DNA from: a virus
Lineage: Duplodnaviria > Caudoviricetes
IMG/VR virus record: IMGVR_UViG_3300020392_000016
Span: 1-60,880 of that record
DNA: 60,880 nt
Reading direction: 5' to 3' (one strand)
Of this stretch, positions 1 to 9,645 are shown in pieces. Within the stretch, counting starts at the first letter, position 1; each line of letters starts with the position of its first letter. A model generated the notes under the pieces. It was given only the letters and a program-made list of their open reading frames with translations. It did no database searches and was not told where the DNA came from. Both the position numbers and the translations under genes were made by a program.

Positions 1-32
1 CGGCCGCCCATTTAAAATAGACAAAATAATAA

Positions 33-2018
33 ATGGCAGAGTATAACATAGATAATCCGATTCTATTCATCAAAGGCTTAGTAACTGCTGTATCTTCAGA
101 AGGTAGATATGAATATGATGACGCTACTGGTTTAGGCCCAAGTGGTTCTAACATCAGTATTTCATATAATATAACTGTATCTAGTATCGATCCACAATCG
201 ATTGGCTCTTCAGAAACAAGAACAGGTACAGGTAGAGAATATAATGGCTTAGACATAAAAACTGGTGATTGGGTTACTAATAACACTGGTAAAACATGTT
301 TACAAGTAACTGCCATTACTGCAAAATCTGAAAGCTCGGTTTCTTTTACAGCTAAAGATGTTGACGCATTCGTATACAAAAACTACAGAGCAAATGGTTA
401 TGCTGCTAATGTTGATGAGGTTGCTTTCTTTGAAGTATCTGATTCAGGTAAACCTCTAATTGCAGGTGAAGATGCTGCCACATTCTTTGGTGATAAAGTA
501 GCAGCAGACTTATTACAGTCTAGATTTGCAATACAAGAAGAAGACGAAAGATTTAGAGTTGAATATAGTTCACCTCAGAATAGTGTAGAAGAAGGTCAAG
601 TAGTAACGATTGATGCAAATGGTGACTTAGTACCATTTGGAACTGCTGGTTCTGCTGATTTCAAATTAGGTTTATTAGTTTCATTATCTTATGGTAATAC
701 AATTGCCTACTTAAAACCTTTCAATACAATTATAGATGATTTTGCTAAACCAGAAAAATTAACTGGTTCTAAAGGTGAGTTCTACTTTGCTTCAACAGTA
801 ACTCCAGGAGATATTACAACAAATTCAGTACAAGGTTCTGATAAATTATATTTCCAATTTAAAGATGCTGTTCCTACGGTTATTACAGCAACTACTGTTA
901 ACTCTGCAACTGCAGGAGGTGATACTCTTGTAGTTAATGGTGTAGCTTCAGTAAGTGGTGCGAGAACAATCGGAGAGATTGTATCAGATATTAATGCTGG
1001 TACTGCAACTCACTTTGTGACTGCAACTCAACCATTAGGTGAAACAGTTTTAAAATCTTATGATAATGGTTTACAACCAGCTAACGGTGATATTGTATTA
1101 GTAACATCTATAGATGGTGGTGTTAGCAATGTATTTCCTGAGATTACAATTTCAGATGGTAATAATACTGCTAGTGTTGTTTTCAATACTTCAGATAGTA
1201 CATTCCCTGGAACTGGCGGTGGGTACTTAACTGTATCTGCAACTCAAATGGCAGCAGATATTAATGCAGCTTGTCAAGGAGCTAGTGTAGATATTACAGC
1301 TTCTACAGAAGCAAATACAAACGGTGCTAACAATTCAACATATCCTAAATTAGTTTTAACATTAGGTTCAGGTAGTGGTATTACAATTACAGAAGTTACC
1401 GCAGATGCTGCTGGTCAGACATTCGGTGATAATGGTGGTAATGGTGGTGCAACTGCAATGCCATTAACTGCAAACCAAACTACTGATAGAACATTAGTCT
1501 TAACAAGAGCAGATGGTGGTGATATTTTATTAACAGGTGCTGGTACATTCGTTAACTCAAATGGTATTGTATCTTCATCTGCTGGTACTCCAGCTCTATT
1601 AGTAATGGTTGAAGATGAAGAAGGTGCTGCATCATTTGATGATTCAGAATTACAAGCTTCTATCGATTCATTAGAAATAAGTGCAGCCACTGAAACCGGC
1701 GTTACTACTAAAGTAGATAGAAACAAAAACCCACAAGTTACTTCTAACGACGAAGACACAACTGGAATTACAATTACTTATACTCCATTCTCTGATTCTG
1801 CAGTAACAGTTAAAGTAAATGGTTTACAATGTAACATTGGTGATGGTGCTAAAGATGAAGCAGTTTATTTCTCTGCAGATGGTGGTACTACTGCTAAGAC
1901 TGTCGCTAACATTGCAGCTGGTGATACTCTATATTGGATGGGTTCAATTGCAGGTTATGAGTTAGAAACAGATGATGATATTGATATTGATTACCAAGCA
2001 TCCTCTAACGATGTCTAA
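33..2018 (+). CDS. Putative virion structural protein (beta-rich, acidic)
   Basis: 661 aa, T/S/G/A/D-rich, one SIDSLE motif shared with the next gene; followed by a terminator; lies in the fibre locus. Confidence 0.55.
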   Translation: MAEYNIDNPILFIKGLVTAVSSEGRYEYDDATGLGPSGSNISISYNITVSSIDPQSIGSSETRTGTGREYNGLDIKTGDWVTNNTGKTCLQVTAITAKSESSVSFTAKDVDAFVYKNYRANGYAANVDEVAFFEVSDSGKPLIAGEDAATFFGDKVAADLLQSRFAIQEEDERFRVEYSSPQNSVEEGQVVTIDANGDLVPFGTAGSADFKLGLLVSLSYGNTIAYLKPFNTIIDDFAKPEKLTGSKGEFYFASTVTPGDITTNSVQGSDKLYFQFKDAVPTVITATTVNSATAGGDTLVVNGVASVSGARTIGEIVSDINAGTATHFVTATQPLGETVLKSYDNGLQPANGDIVLVTSIDGGVSNVFPEITISDGNNTASVVFNTSDSTFPGTGGGYLTVSATQMAADINAACQGASVDITASTEANTNGANNSTYPKLVLTLGSGSGITITEVTADAAGQTFGDNGGNGGATAMPLTANQTTDRTLVLTRADGGDILLTGAGTFVNSNGIVSSSAGTPALLVMVEDEEGAASFDDSELQASIDSLEISAATETGVTTKVDRNKNPQVTSNDEDTTGITITYTPFSDSAVTVKVNGLQCNIGDGAKDEAVYFSADGGTTAKTVANIAAGDTLYWMGSIAGYELETDDDIDIDYQASSNDV

Positions 2019-2035
2019 CAATATGATAATATAGG

Positions 2036-2060
2036 AAAGCGGCTTTATGCCGCTTTTTTT
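2036..2060 (+). terminator. Rho-independent terminator
   Basis: AAAGCGGC-tttat-GCCGCTTT followed by a T run. Confidence 0.85.
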
Positions 2061-2191
2061 ATGCGCTTTTTATACCCAGTAAAAATAATATATTTTTGCA
2101 TCCCATTTTCGGAAAATGGAAATTTCGTTTTAGATAAATAAGTATGAGGAGATAATAACATCTCTTTAGGCCTAAATAAACAATTATTTAT

Positions 2192-3643
2192 ATGTCAAGA
2201 TTAAAAGTAAAACAAATTAGTGACTTTAGTACTGCTGTTCAGAACCTAATCGACAACGATGCGGATCAGAATGCTGGATTAATCGATGCTTTAGAAGCTT
2301 CTGTTGACTCTTTAGAAACTGCGACTGGTGGTGATACTACTGCTATTAGCAACTCTATCGATTCATTAGAAACTCTAGTTGCTGCTGATGCTGCTGACGC
2401 TGATGCTTCAATCGATTCATTAGAAACTCAAGTTGGTGCTGCTGAAACAGTTAACACTAACCAGAACGCTTCTATAGATTCTATTGAAACTAGTGCTACT
2501 GCATTAACAGGTATCGTAACTAACCAAGGTGCTTCTATCGATTCATTAGAAGTTGTAGTTGCTGCTGATGCTGATGATGCTGATGCTTCTATCGATTCAT
2601 TAGAAACTGCATTAGGTGCCGAAATCTCTGCGACTAACACAGACGTAACTAACATTGGCGCATCTATCGATTCATTAGAGTCTGCAACTGGTGGTGACAC
2701 TACTGCAATCAATAACTCTATTGATTCATTAGAGGCTGCTGATTCAACGTTACAAGGTAACATCGATGCTGAAAATGCAAGAATTGATGCTATCTTAGCT
2801 GGTTCTGATGCTGACTTAGATCAGTTTGCTGAAGTTGTTGCTTTCATCGAGTCTGTTGATACAGTAACTGATGGAACAATTACTACATTAGCTACTAACA
2901 CTGGTGCATCTATCGATTCATTAGAAGTTTTAGTTACTGCTGATGCTGCTGATGCTGATGCATCTATCGATTCATTAGAAGCTGCTGACGGGTTCCTAGG
3001 TAATTCTGTTGATTCATTAGAGACGTTAATCGCTGCAGATGCTGCAGATGCTGACGCTTCAGTTGATTCATTAGAAACTGCATTAGGTGCCGAAATCTCT
3101 GCGACTAACACAGACGTAACTAATATCGGTGCTTCTATCGATTCATTAGAAACTGCAACTGGCGGTGATACTACTGCTATTAGCAACTCTATCGATTCAT
3201 TAGAAACTCTAGTTGCTGCTGATGCTGGCGATGCTGATGCTTCTATCGATTCATTAGAAACAGCGTTAGGTGCCGAAATCTCTGCAACTAACACTGACGT
3301 TACAAACGTCAATGCTTCAGTTGATTCATTAGAGACATTAGTTACTGCGGACGCTGGTGATGCTGATGCTTCTATCGATTCATTAGAGGATATGGTAACA
3401 TATCAGCATAAGTTTGGTACTGTGTTGAATGCAACATCATTCCAATTGAATGCTCCTCTGAAGTTTGGTGGTGCTGATGACTTATTAGTATTCATTAACG
3501 GACACAACATTCACCCATTAACTGGTGTTGAAGGTGATCCGACGCATGGTTACTCAACTGCTGATGGTCAAACATTTACTCTAACTAACATTGGTTACTC
3601 AATCGATGCTGAGGATGAAGTATATGTTATCGGACACAGATAA
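2192..3643 (+). CDS. Acidic coiled-coil fibre protein with S[IV]DSLE repeats
   Basis: About 17 S[IV]DS[LI]E repeats, mostly 14/18/21/25 aa apart; central LDQFAEVVAFI fibre-like motif; small C-terminal beta domain. Confidence 0.7.
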   Translation: MSRLKVKQISDFSTAVQNLIDNDADQNAGLIDALEASVDSLETATGGDTTAISNSIDSLETLVAADAADADASIDSLETQVGAAETVNTNQNASIDSIETSATALTGIVTNQGASIDSLEVVVAADADDADASIDSLETALGAEISATNTDVTNIGASIDSLESATGGDTTAINNSIDSLEAADSTLQGNIDAENARIDAILAGSDADLDQFAEVVAFIESVDTVTDGTITTLATNTGASIDSLEVLVTADAADADASIDSLEAADGFLGNSVDSLETLIAADAADADASVDSLETALGAEISATNTDVTNIGASIDSLETATGGDTTAISNSIDSLETLVAADAGDADASIDSLETALGAEISATNTDVTNVNASVDSLETLVTADAGDADASIDSLEDMVTYQHKFGTVLNATSFQLNAPLKFGGADDLLVFINGHNIHPLTGVEGDPTHGYSTADGQTFTLTNIGYSIDAEDEVYVIGHR

Positions 3644-3672
3644 TAGTCAAAGTTCTAATTTTTAGGAAAACT

Positions 3673-3698
3673 AAGGGTCCCCTCGGGGACCCTTTTTT
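3673..3698 (+). terminator. Rho-independent terminator
   Basis: AAGGGTCCC-ctcg-GGGACCCTT followed by a T run. Confidence 0.9.
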
Positions 3699-3738
3699 AT
3701 TTGCATGATATATACAATACAAATTAAAACTTATTTGC

Positions 3739-4974
3739 ATGCATATCGGTATAACCATAAGTTTGATGGGAGAGAAAGAGTCTCTCTGGATTAATGGTAT
3801 CAAACTTAACGCTCTATTTCTATCTAAAACTCTTCAGAAAACTGGACATAAAGTTACTATTCTAGATACAGGTAAAAATGTAAAGAAAATTACAAAAGAT
3901 ACAGTTCAATGGGATCTGAAAGAATTCCCCTGTGAAAAATACGGTAAAGTTCAACATACTGTAGATTTAATGATTATGCTTGGTACATCTTTCGATACTG
4001 ACTCAATTAAACACTGGAAGTTAATGGGCCCAAATCGAAAAGTAATAAAATATCACTGTGGTAATAATTATGTAATTGACATGGAAAGATGTATCTTCCC
4101 AAAGAAAGGTCACAGGAATTCTGGTGCAGCAGCTTACCAAAGAGGATGTATGGATGAAGTTTGGTATGTACCTCAACAAGGACATCAAAACAGAGCTTAT
4201 TATTCTGTACTCTATGATTTACCTCTAGAGAAAGTAATTCCAGTACCATTTATATGGGACCCTTATTTCTTAGATATAGAGATTTCTAACTTTGAAAGTA
4301 TTATTAAGAAAGTAGGTACTAAAGCTTATGGTATTCCTATCTATGTTCCAGGAAAGGATAAACAAAACTTAAAGTTCTGTGTATTTGAACCTAACCTAAA
4401 TGTTGTTAAATTTAACATGTTACCCATAATGATTGTTGAACAATGGAAAAGAGATGGTAACAAATTAGATAGTTTGAATTTAATGAGCTCGAAAGGTTTA
4501 ATTACTAGCTCTTACTGGAAGAGTATTATCACAACATTTGATTTAACTAAACCAGGAGATACAGATATTAAAACTTATGGTAGAAGTCCGGTTGCAGTTA
4601 CATTATCTAAACATGCAGATGTAGTTGTTTCTCATCAATGGCATAACCCACTTAATTATGCTTATTTAGATACTCTTTATCTACAATATCCATTGATACA
4701 TAACGCAGATATGATTCAGGATGCAGGATATTACTATAAAGACTTTGATATTAAAGAAGGTTATGATAAACTAAAACATGCAATTGAAAAACATGATGAT
4801 ACTCTAGAAGAATATAATGAAAGATCTGAAAATGTATTGTCTAGATATTGTGTTGACCATAATAGAGGTTTACTCAAAACCTATATTTACTTATTGAAAG
4901 ATTTAATGTCAGGTGAAAGAACTAGTAATCTAAGTTATGATTACGACTGGAAAACTAATTTATATAAAAAATGA
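3739..4974 (+). CDS. Putative glycosyltransferase (DUF2827-like, GT-B fold)
   Basis: SLWINGI N-terminus, FEPNLNVVK and VVSHQWHNPLNYAYLD motifs recalled from the DUF2827 family. Confidence 0.6.
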   Translation: MHIGITISLMGEKESLWINGIKLNALFLSKTLQKTGHKVTILDTGKNVKKITKDTVQWDLKEFPCEKYGKVQHTVDLMIMLGTSFDTDSIKHWKLMGPNRKVIKYHCGNNYVIDMERCIFPKKGHRNSGAAAYQRGCMDEVWYVPQQGHQNRAYYSVLYDLPLEKVIPVPFIWDPYFLDIEISNFESIIKKVGTKAYGIPIYVPGKDKQNLKFCVFEPNLNVVKFNMLPIMIVEQWKRDGNKLDSLNLMSSKGLITSSYWKSIITTFDLTKPGDTDIKTYGRSPVAVTLSKHADVVVSHQWHNPLNYAYLDTLYLQYPLIHNADMIQDAGYYYKDFDIKEGYDKLKHAIEKHDDTLEEYNERSENVLSRYCVDHNRGLLKTYIYLLKDLMSGERTSNLSYDYDWKTNLYKK

Positions 4975-5702
4975 ACAAAGAAATAAAGGACGTAACATTT
5001 TGTTTAACAAGTTGTGGTAGAATGGATGAGCTTGAGAAAACCGTTGATAGTTTTATTAAGTACAATGATTATCCAATTAAAAACTGGTTTATTGTTGAAG
5101 ATTCAGGAGATCCAGAACAACATGATATTTTAAAAAAGTTAAATGCTGAAAAATGGGATAGTAGATTTATGTTGTTTTTAAATAATAAAAACATAGGTCA
5201 GAATGCTTCCATAGATAAAATGTACAAAAATGTTAGTACAGAATACATATTTCATTGTGAAGAAGATTGGGAATTCTATAGAGGTGGTTTTATAGAAGAT
5301 TCTATGAAAGTTTTAGAAACTCAACCTAAAGTTTTACAAGTATGGATTAGACCAAAGTCAGATAAAATACTTAATCCTATTGAAAAGAGACAATTTACTT
5401 TACCTGGTGGTGTGGTTGTTAGAAGAGTTTTACCTGTAAGCTTTAAAATAAAAACAGGAGTAGTAAAAAATTACATGGGCTTTAGTTGGAACCCTGGTTT
5501 GAGAAGAAAATCAGATTGGTTATTAGACCCTATAGCAGGTAATTACACAAGATGTTTACATGAACATATAATTGATGCTGTTTATAGTAGATTAGGTTAT
5601 ATGGTAGTTTCCCTATCTAAAGATGACGAGGATGGATATGTTAAACACATTGGCTGGGGAAACAGAAAAATGGGTAAAACCGAAGCGACAAAAAATTTGT
5701 AA
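4971..5702 (+). CDS. GT-A fold (GT2-like) glycosyltransferase
   Basis: LTSCGR start, IVEDS, YIFHCEEDW acidic motif, C-terminal HIG. Confidence 0.7.
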   Translation: MNKEIKDVTFCLTSCGRMDELEKTVDSFIKYNDYPIKNWFIVEDSGDPEQHDILKKLNAEKWDSRFMLFLNNKNIGQNASIDKMYKNVSTEYIFHCEEDWEFYRGGFIEDSMKVLETQPKVLQVWIRPKSDKILNPIEKRQFTLPGGVVVRRVLPVSFKIKTGVVKNYMGFSWNPGLRRKSDWLLDPIAGNYTRCLHEHIIDAVYSRLGYMVVSLSKDDEDGYVKHIGWGNRKMGKTEATKNL

Positions 5703-5705
5703 ATT

Positions 5706-6494
5706 ATGTATAAATATGATATTACTTGGATTATGCAATCTTACCTTGGTGAGTATGAAGGTAGTAGAGCTAATTCAGATAAAAAGTTTATTAGAGCTGT
5801 AAAATCATTCTTAGCAATTCCAGATGAAAGAACTCAATTAGTAATTGCATCGGATGGATGTGAGATAACTCATAAACTCTACTATAAACATTTTAAAAAA
5901 GAACCAAGGATAGAGTACGTCTATGTTGACAAGAACACACCTAAGATGTACGAAAAATCTAAGGATGGTAGTAATAACCAGTATTATAGAGGGCTGCCCA
6001 GACAAGCTGCACGCGCGTTAGCAGAGGGATATTTAACAGCTTATATAGACTCGGATGATTACTTAATGCCAAATGCTTCTCAAATCATAAAAAGATTTTG
6101 GAATGGTATTACAAAAGCTAACCCAGATGTAGAATATAAATGGGGAGCAATGACACATTGGATTGAGAATGAAGCAATGGCAAAATGGTTAGAAAACAAT
6201 GAAAGTCAAATGTTTGGACCAAGAACAGAACCTTTTAAGATAGAAGGTTTAAAGAGTAAATGGCAGAAGTATTCTATGGATGAGCCTAATAAACATGTAC
6301 AATCAACTACATGGGCAACAGTACATAGATCAGACTGCATTACAAGATGGAAAGACCATATATCAGACCCTAAAGCTGGCGGAATTTCTGAAGATACTTT
6401 ATTTGCAAGAGGTATCAGAAAGGAAGGTCAAGGGATGTTGGTTGATGATGGTTTTTACGTTCGATGTCATTATCATGGAATTTGGGATATTTAA
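5706..6494 (+). CDS. GT-A fold (GT2-like) glycosyltransferase
   Basis: IASDG, AYIDSDD (DxD) and SEDTLF motifs. Confidence 0.7.
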   Translation: MYKYDITWIMQSYLGEYEGSRANSDKKFIRAVKSFLAIPDERTQLVIASDGCEITHKLYYKHFKKEPRIEYVYVDKNTPKMYEKSKDGSNNQYYRGLPRQAARALAEGYLTAYIDSDDYLMPNASQIIKRFWNGITKANPDVEYKWGAMTHWIENEAMAKWLENNESQMFGPRTEPFKIEGLKSKWQKYSMDEPNKHVQSTTWATVHRSDCITRWKDHISDPKAGGISEDTLFARGIRKEGQGMLVDDGFYVRCHYHGIWDI

Positions 6495-6571
6495 ACTACC
6501 CAAATCTTACTTGGTGAGACATTGCCGAAGATATATAATATAACGCGTAAAAAAAATACAAACAGTATTAA

Positions 6572-9500
6572 ATGTCTAGACTAAAATTAAAACAAATACA
6601 GGACTTTTTACTAAATAATCCACAACAGGGTGATTATTTAGAATATAATGCCTCAACCGGACAGTTCGAAAATGCCTCTGCTCCACTTTCTGGAACATCA
6701 GGTTCTTCCGGTTCAAGTGGTTCTTCCGGAACTTCAGGAAGTTCAGGTTCATCAGGTTCATCAGGTACATCTGGTGAAGATGGTGCAGCTGGTGAAGATG
6801 GAACAAGCGGCTCAAGCGGCTCATCTGGTAGCTCAGGAACATCTGGTTCTTCAGGAACTTCAGGTTCTTCAGGTTCAAGTGGCTCAAGCGGAACATCAGG
6901 TTCAAGTGGCTCAAGCGGAACATCAGGCTCAAGTGGCTCAAGTGGTTCATCTGGTACTTCAGGTGAAGATGGTGCAGCTGGTGAAGATGGTGCTGCAGGT
7001 ACTCCAGGTACTTCAGGTTCATCTGGTTCAAGTGGTTCATCTGGTACTTCAGGTTCTTCAGGTACATCTGGTGAAGATGGTGCAGCTGGTGAAGATGGTG
7101 CAGCAGGTGCAGATGGTACTTCAGGTTCATCTGGTTCATCTGGTAGCTCAGGAACATCAGGTTCATCTGGTTCATCTGGTAGCTCAGGAACATCAGGTTC
7201 TTCAGGTACTTCAGGTGAAAACGGTGCAGATGGAACATCTGGTTCATCTGGTTCATCTGGTTCAAGTGGAACATCAGGTTCAAGCGGATCAAGCGGATCT
7301 TCAGGCTCAAGTGGTTCTTCAGGTAGAACAGGTATTGTAGTATTTGGTACTAATGACATTGCCGCTTTCCCAGCCGGCGAATTTAACGGTCAAAAGGGTA
7401 TTGATAATCAAGGTAGAATTTACAAATGGACAGGTTCTGAATGGGAGCTAGACATAAACCTAAACGGTACATCTGGTTCAAGTGGTTCAAGTGGTTCTTC
7501 GGGTTCTTCTGGTTCTAGTGGAACATCAGGTTCATCTGGTTCAAGTGGTTCAAGTGGTTCTTCGGGTTCTTCTGGTTCTAGTGGAACATCAGGTTCATCT
7601 GGTACTTCAGGTTCTTCAGGTAGTTCAGGTTCATCTGGTTCATCTGGTTCTTCAGGTTCATCTGGTTCTTCAGGTTTTAGCGGTGCAAAATCAGGTACGA
7701 ATGTTGAAGACTTAGGTGAGGGTGAATTTAACGGTCAATTAGGTTTTACAGCCGATGGTATACTTCACCAATGGAATGGCGAATCATGGGATGCTATTGA
7801 TGACTTAAACGGTACGTCTGGTTCTTCAGGCTCAAGTGGTTCATCTGGTTCTTCAGGTTCAAGTGGTTCATCTGGTTCTTCAGGTACATCTGGTTCATCT
7901 GGTTCAAGTGGTTCATCTGGTACTTCAGGTTCTTCAGGTACATCTGGTGAAGATGGTGCAGCTGGTGAAGATGGTACTTCTGGTTCTTCAGGCTCAAGTG
8001 GATCTTCAGGTTCAAGTGGAACAAGCGGTTCTTCTGGTTCTTCAGGTTCATCTGGCTCAAGTGGAACATCTGGTTCATCTGGTTCTTCAGGTACATCAGG
8101 TCAAGACGGTAACTTTGGTGGCGCATCATTTGATTACACAATTTCAAATTCAACAAGTGCTGCTCAACCAGGTTCAGGTGTATTAAGATTTAATAACTTT
8201 ACAACACAGACGAGTGCAACTCAAATTTATATAAACCAAACTGACGATGCTGGAGGTAGTGTAGAGTCATTCTTTACATCTTTAGATGCAGTAACATCTG
8301 GTATTAAAGCACATATTAGAATTTCTAAGAAATTCGAAACCGACACATACTTATTATTTGCAATCGGTGATTTAACAGACAATGGCGCATGGTGGACATT
8401 AAGTGATTTATCAAATGTAGGTTCATCAAGTGCAGCTCCATTTGCACATACTGATGATATTGTAATTTCATTAGTTGCGACTGGTGATAAAGGTGACCCT
8501 GGTACATCTGGTTCTTCAGGTTCTTCAGGTTCATCTGGCTCAAGCGGAACTTCAGGTTCAAGTGGTTCTTCAGGTTCTTCAGGTTCAAGTGGAACATCTG
8601 GTTCATCTGGTACATCTGGTGGAGATGGTAGTGATGGTGAAGACGGAACATCAGGTTCTTCAGGTTCATCTGGTTCAAGTGGAACAAGCGGTTCTTCTGG
8701 TTCTTCAGGTTCATCTGGCTCAAGCGGAACATCTGGTTCAAGCGGAACATCTGGTTCTTCAGGTAGTTCAGGTTCTTCAGGTTCATCTGGTTCAAGTGGT
8801 TCATCCGGTACTTCAGGTTCATCTGGTTTCTCAGGTGCTAAACAAGCTGAAAATACAGAAGGTTTAGGTGAGGGTGAATATACAGGCCAATCAGGTTTTA
8901 CTGATGATGGAAGAATGTATAGATGGAATGGTGAAGCATGGGAATTAGTACAAGACTTAAATGGTTCTTCAGGTTCAAGCGGCTCATCTGGTTCAAGCGG
9001 TTCATCTGGTACTTCAGGTTCTTCAGGTTCAAGTGGTTCTTCAGGAACTTCAGGTTCTTCAGGTTCATCTGGCTCAAGCGGAACTTCAGGTTCAAGTGGT
9101 TCATCTGGTTCTTCAGGTACATCTGGTTCCTCGGGTACTTCAGGTACTGATGGTGCTGATGGTGTAGGTAGTGATGGTGAAGACGGTACATCTGGTTCTT
9201 CTGGTTCTTCTGGAACTTCAGGTTCATCTGGTTCTTCAGGTTCATCTGGCTCAAGCGGAACATCTGGTTCTTCAGGTTCATCTGGTTCTTCAGGTACATC
9301 TGGTTCAAGCGGTTCATCTGGTTCTTCAGGAACTTCAGGTTCTTCAGGTTCATCTGGCTCAAGTGGAACATCTGGTTCATCTGGTTCTTCAGGTACATCA
9401 GGTACTGACGCTGTTGTTTCAATTTCCGCAGGTAACACCAACAACAGAGTTGTTACTATGACAGGTAATAACAGTACACCATTTACCGGGGAAGCAAACA

Positions 9501-9625
9501 TGACGTTCAATGATTCTACTAGTATTCTTACTGTTTCAACTGGACACATCGTTACTACTAAATATGTCTTTAACAGTGGAGGTGAAATAACATCGGACGG
9601 TAGTACAATGAGGTTCCAATTTTAA
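6572..9625 (+). CDS. Gly-Ser-Ser/Gly-Thr-Ser triplet-repeat fibre protein
   Basis: Long runs of GSS/GTS triplets with GED/GAA blocks, three small Trp-containing inserts (GE[FY]xGQxG...Wx[G]xxW...LNG) and one central globular domain. Confidence 0.75.
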   Translation: MSRLKLKQIQDFLLNNPQQGDYLEYNASTGQFENASAPLSGTSGSSGSSGSSGTSGSSGSSGSSGTSGEDGAAGEDGTSGSSGSSGSSGTSGSSGTSGSSGSSGSSGTSGSSGSSGTSGSSGSSGSSGTSGEDGAAGEDGAAGTPGTSGSSGSSGSSGTSGSSGTSGEDGAAGEDGAAGADGTSGSSGSSGSSGTSGSSGSSGSSGTSGSSGTSGENGADGTSGSSGSSGSSGTSGSSGSSGSSGSSGSSGRTGIVVFGTNDIAAFPAGEFNGQKGIDNQGRIYKWTGSEWELDINLNGTSGSSGSSGSSGSSGSSGTSGSSGSSGSSGSSGSSGSSGTSGSSGTSGSSGSSGSSGSSGSSGSSGSSGFSGAKSGTNVEDLGEGEFNGQLGFTADGILHQWNGESWDAIDDLNGTSGSSGSSGSSGSSGSSGSSGSSGTSGSSGSSGSSGTSGSSGTSGEDGAAGEDGTSGSSGSSGSSGSSGTSGSSGSSGSSGSSGTSGSSGSSGTSGQDGNFGGASFDYTISNSTSAAQPGSGVLRFNNFTTQTSATQIYINQTDDAGGSVESFFTSLDAVTSGIKAHIRISKKFETDTYLLFAIGDLTDNGAWWTLSDLSNVGSSSAAPFAHTDDIVISLVATGDKGDPGTSGSSGSSGSSGSSGTSGSSGSSGSSGSSGTSGSSGTSGGDGSDGEDGTSGSSGSSGSSGTSGSSGSSGSSGSSGTSGSSGTSGSSGSSGSSGSSGSSGSSGTSGSSGFSGAKQAENTEGLGEGEYTGQSGFTDDGRMYRWNGEAWELVQDLNGSSGSSGSSGSSGSSGTSGSSGSSGSSGTSGSSGSSGSSGTSGSSGSSGSSGTSGSSGTSGTDGADGVGSDGEDGTSGSSGSSGTSGSSGSSGSSGSSGTSGSSGSSGSSGTSGSSGSSGSSGTSGSSGSSGSSGTSGSSGSSGTSGTDAVVSISAGNTNNRVVTMTGNNSTPFTGEANMTFNDSTSILTVSTGHIVTTKYVFNSGGEITSDGSTMRFQF

Positions 9626-9645
9626 TTAACAGTAAAGAATAAGAG

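Noticed and set aside
2290-3390. Regularly spaced TCTATCGATTCATTAGA DNA repeats resembling a CRISPR array
   Set aside because: They are in-frame codons of SIDSLE, spacings are multiples of 3, the spacers are themselves repeated, and no cas genes are present
6576-9549. Many long alternative-frame and antisense ORFs (PEEP-, VLQV- and LNL-rich)
   Set aside because: Shadows of the GSS triplet repeat, which lacks stops in other frames
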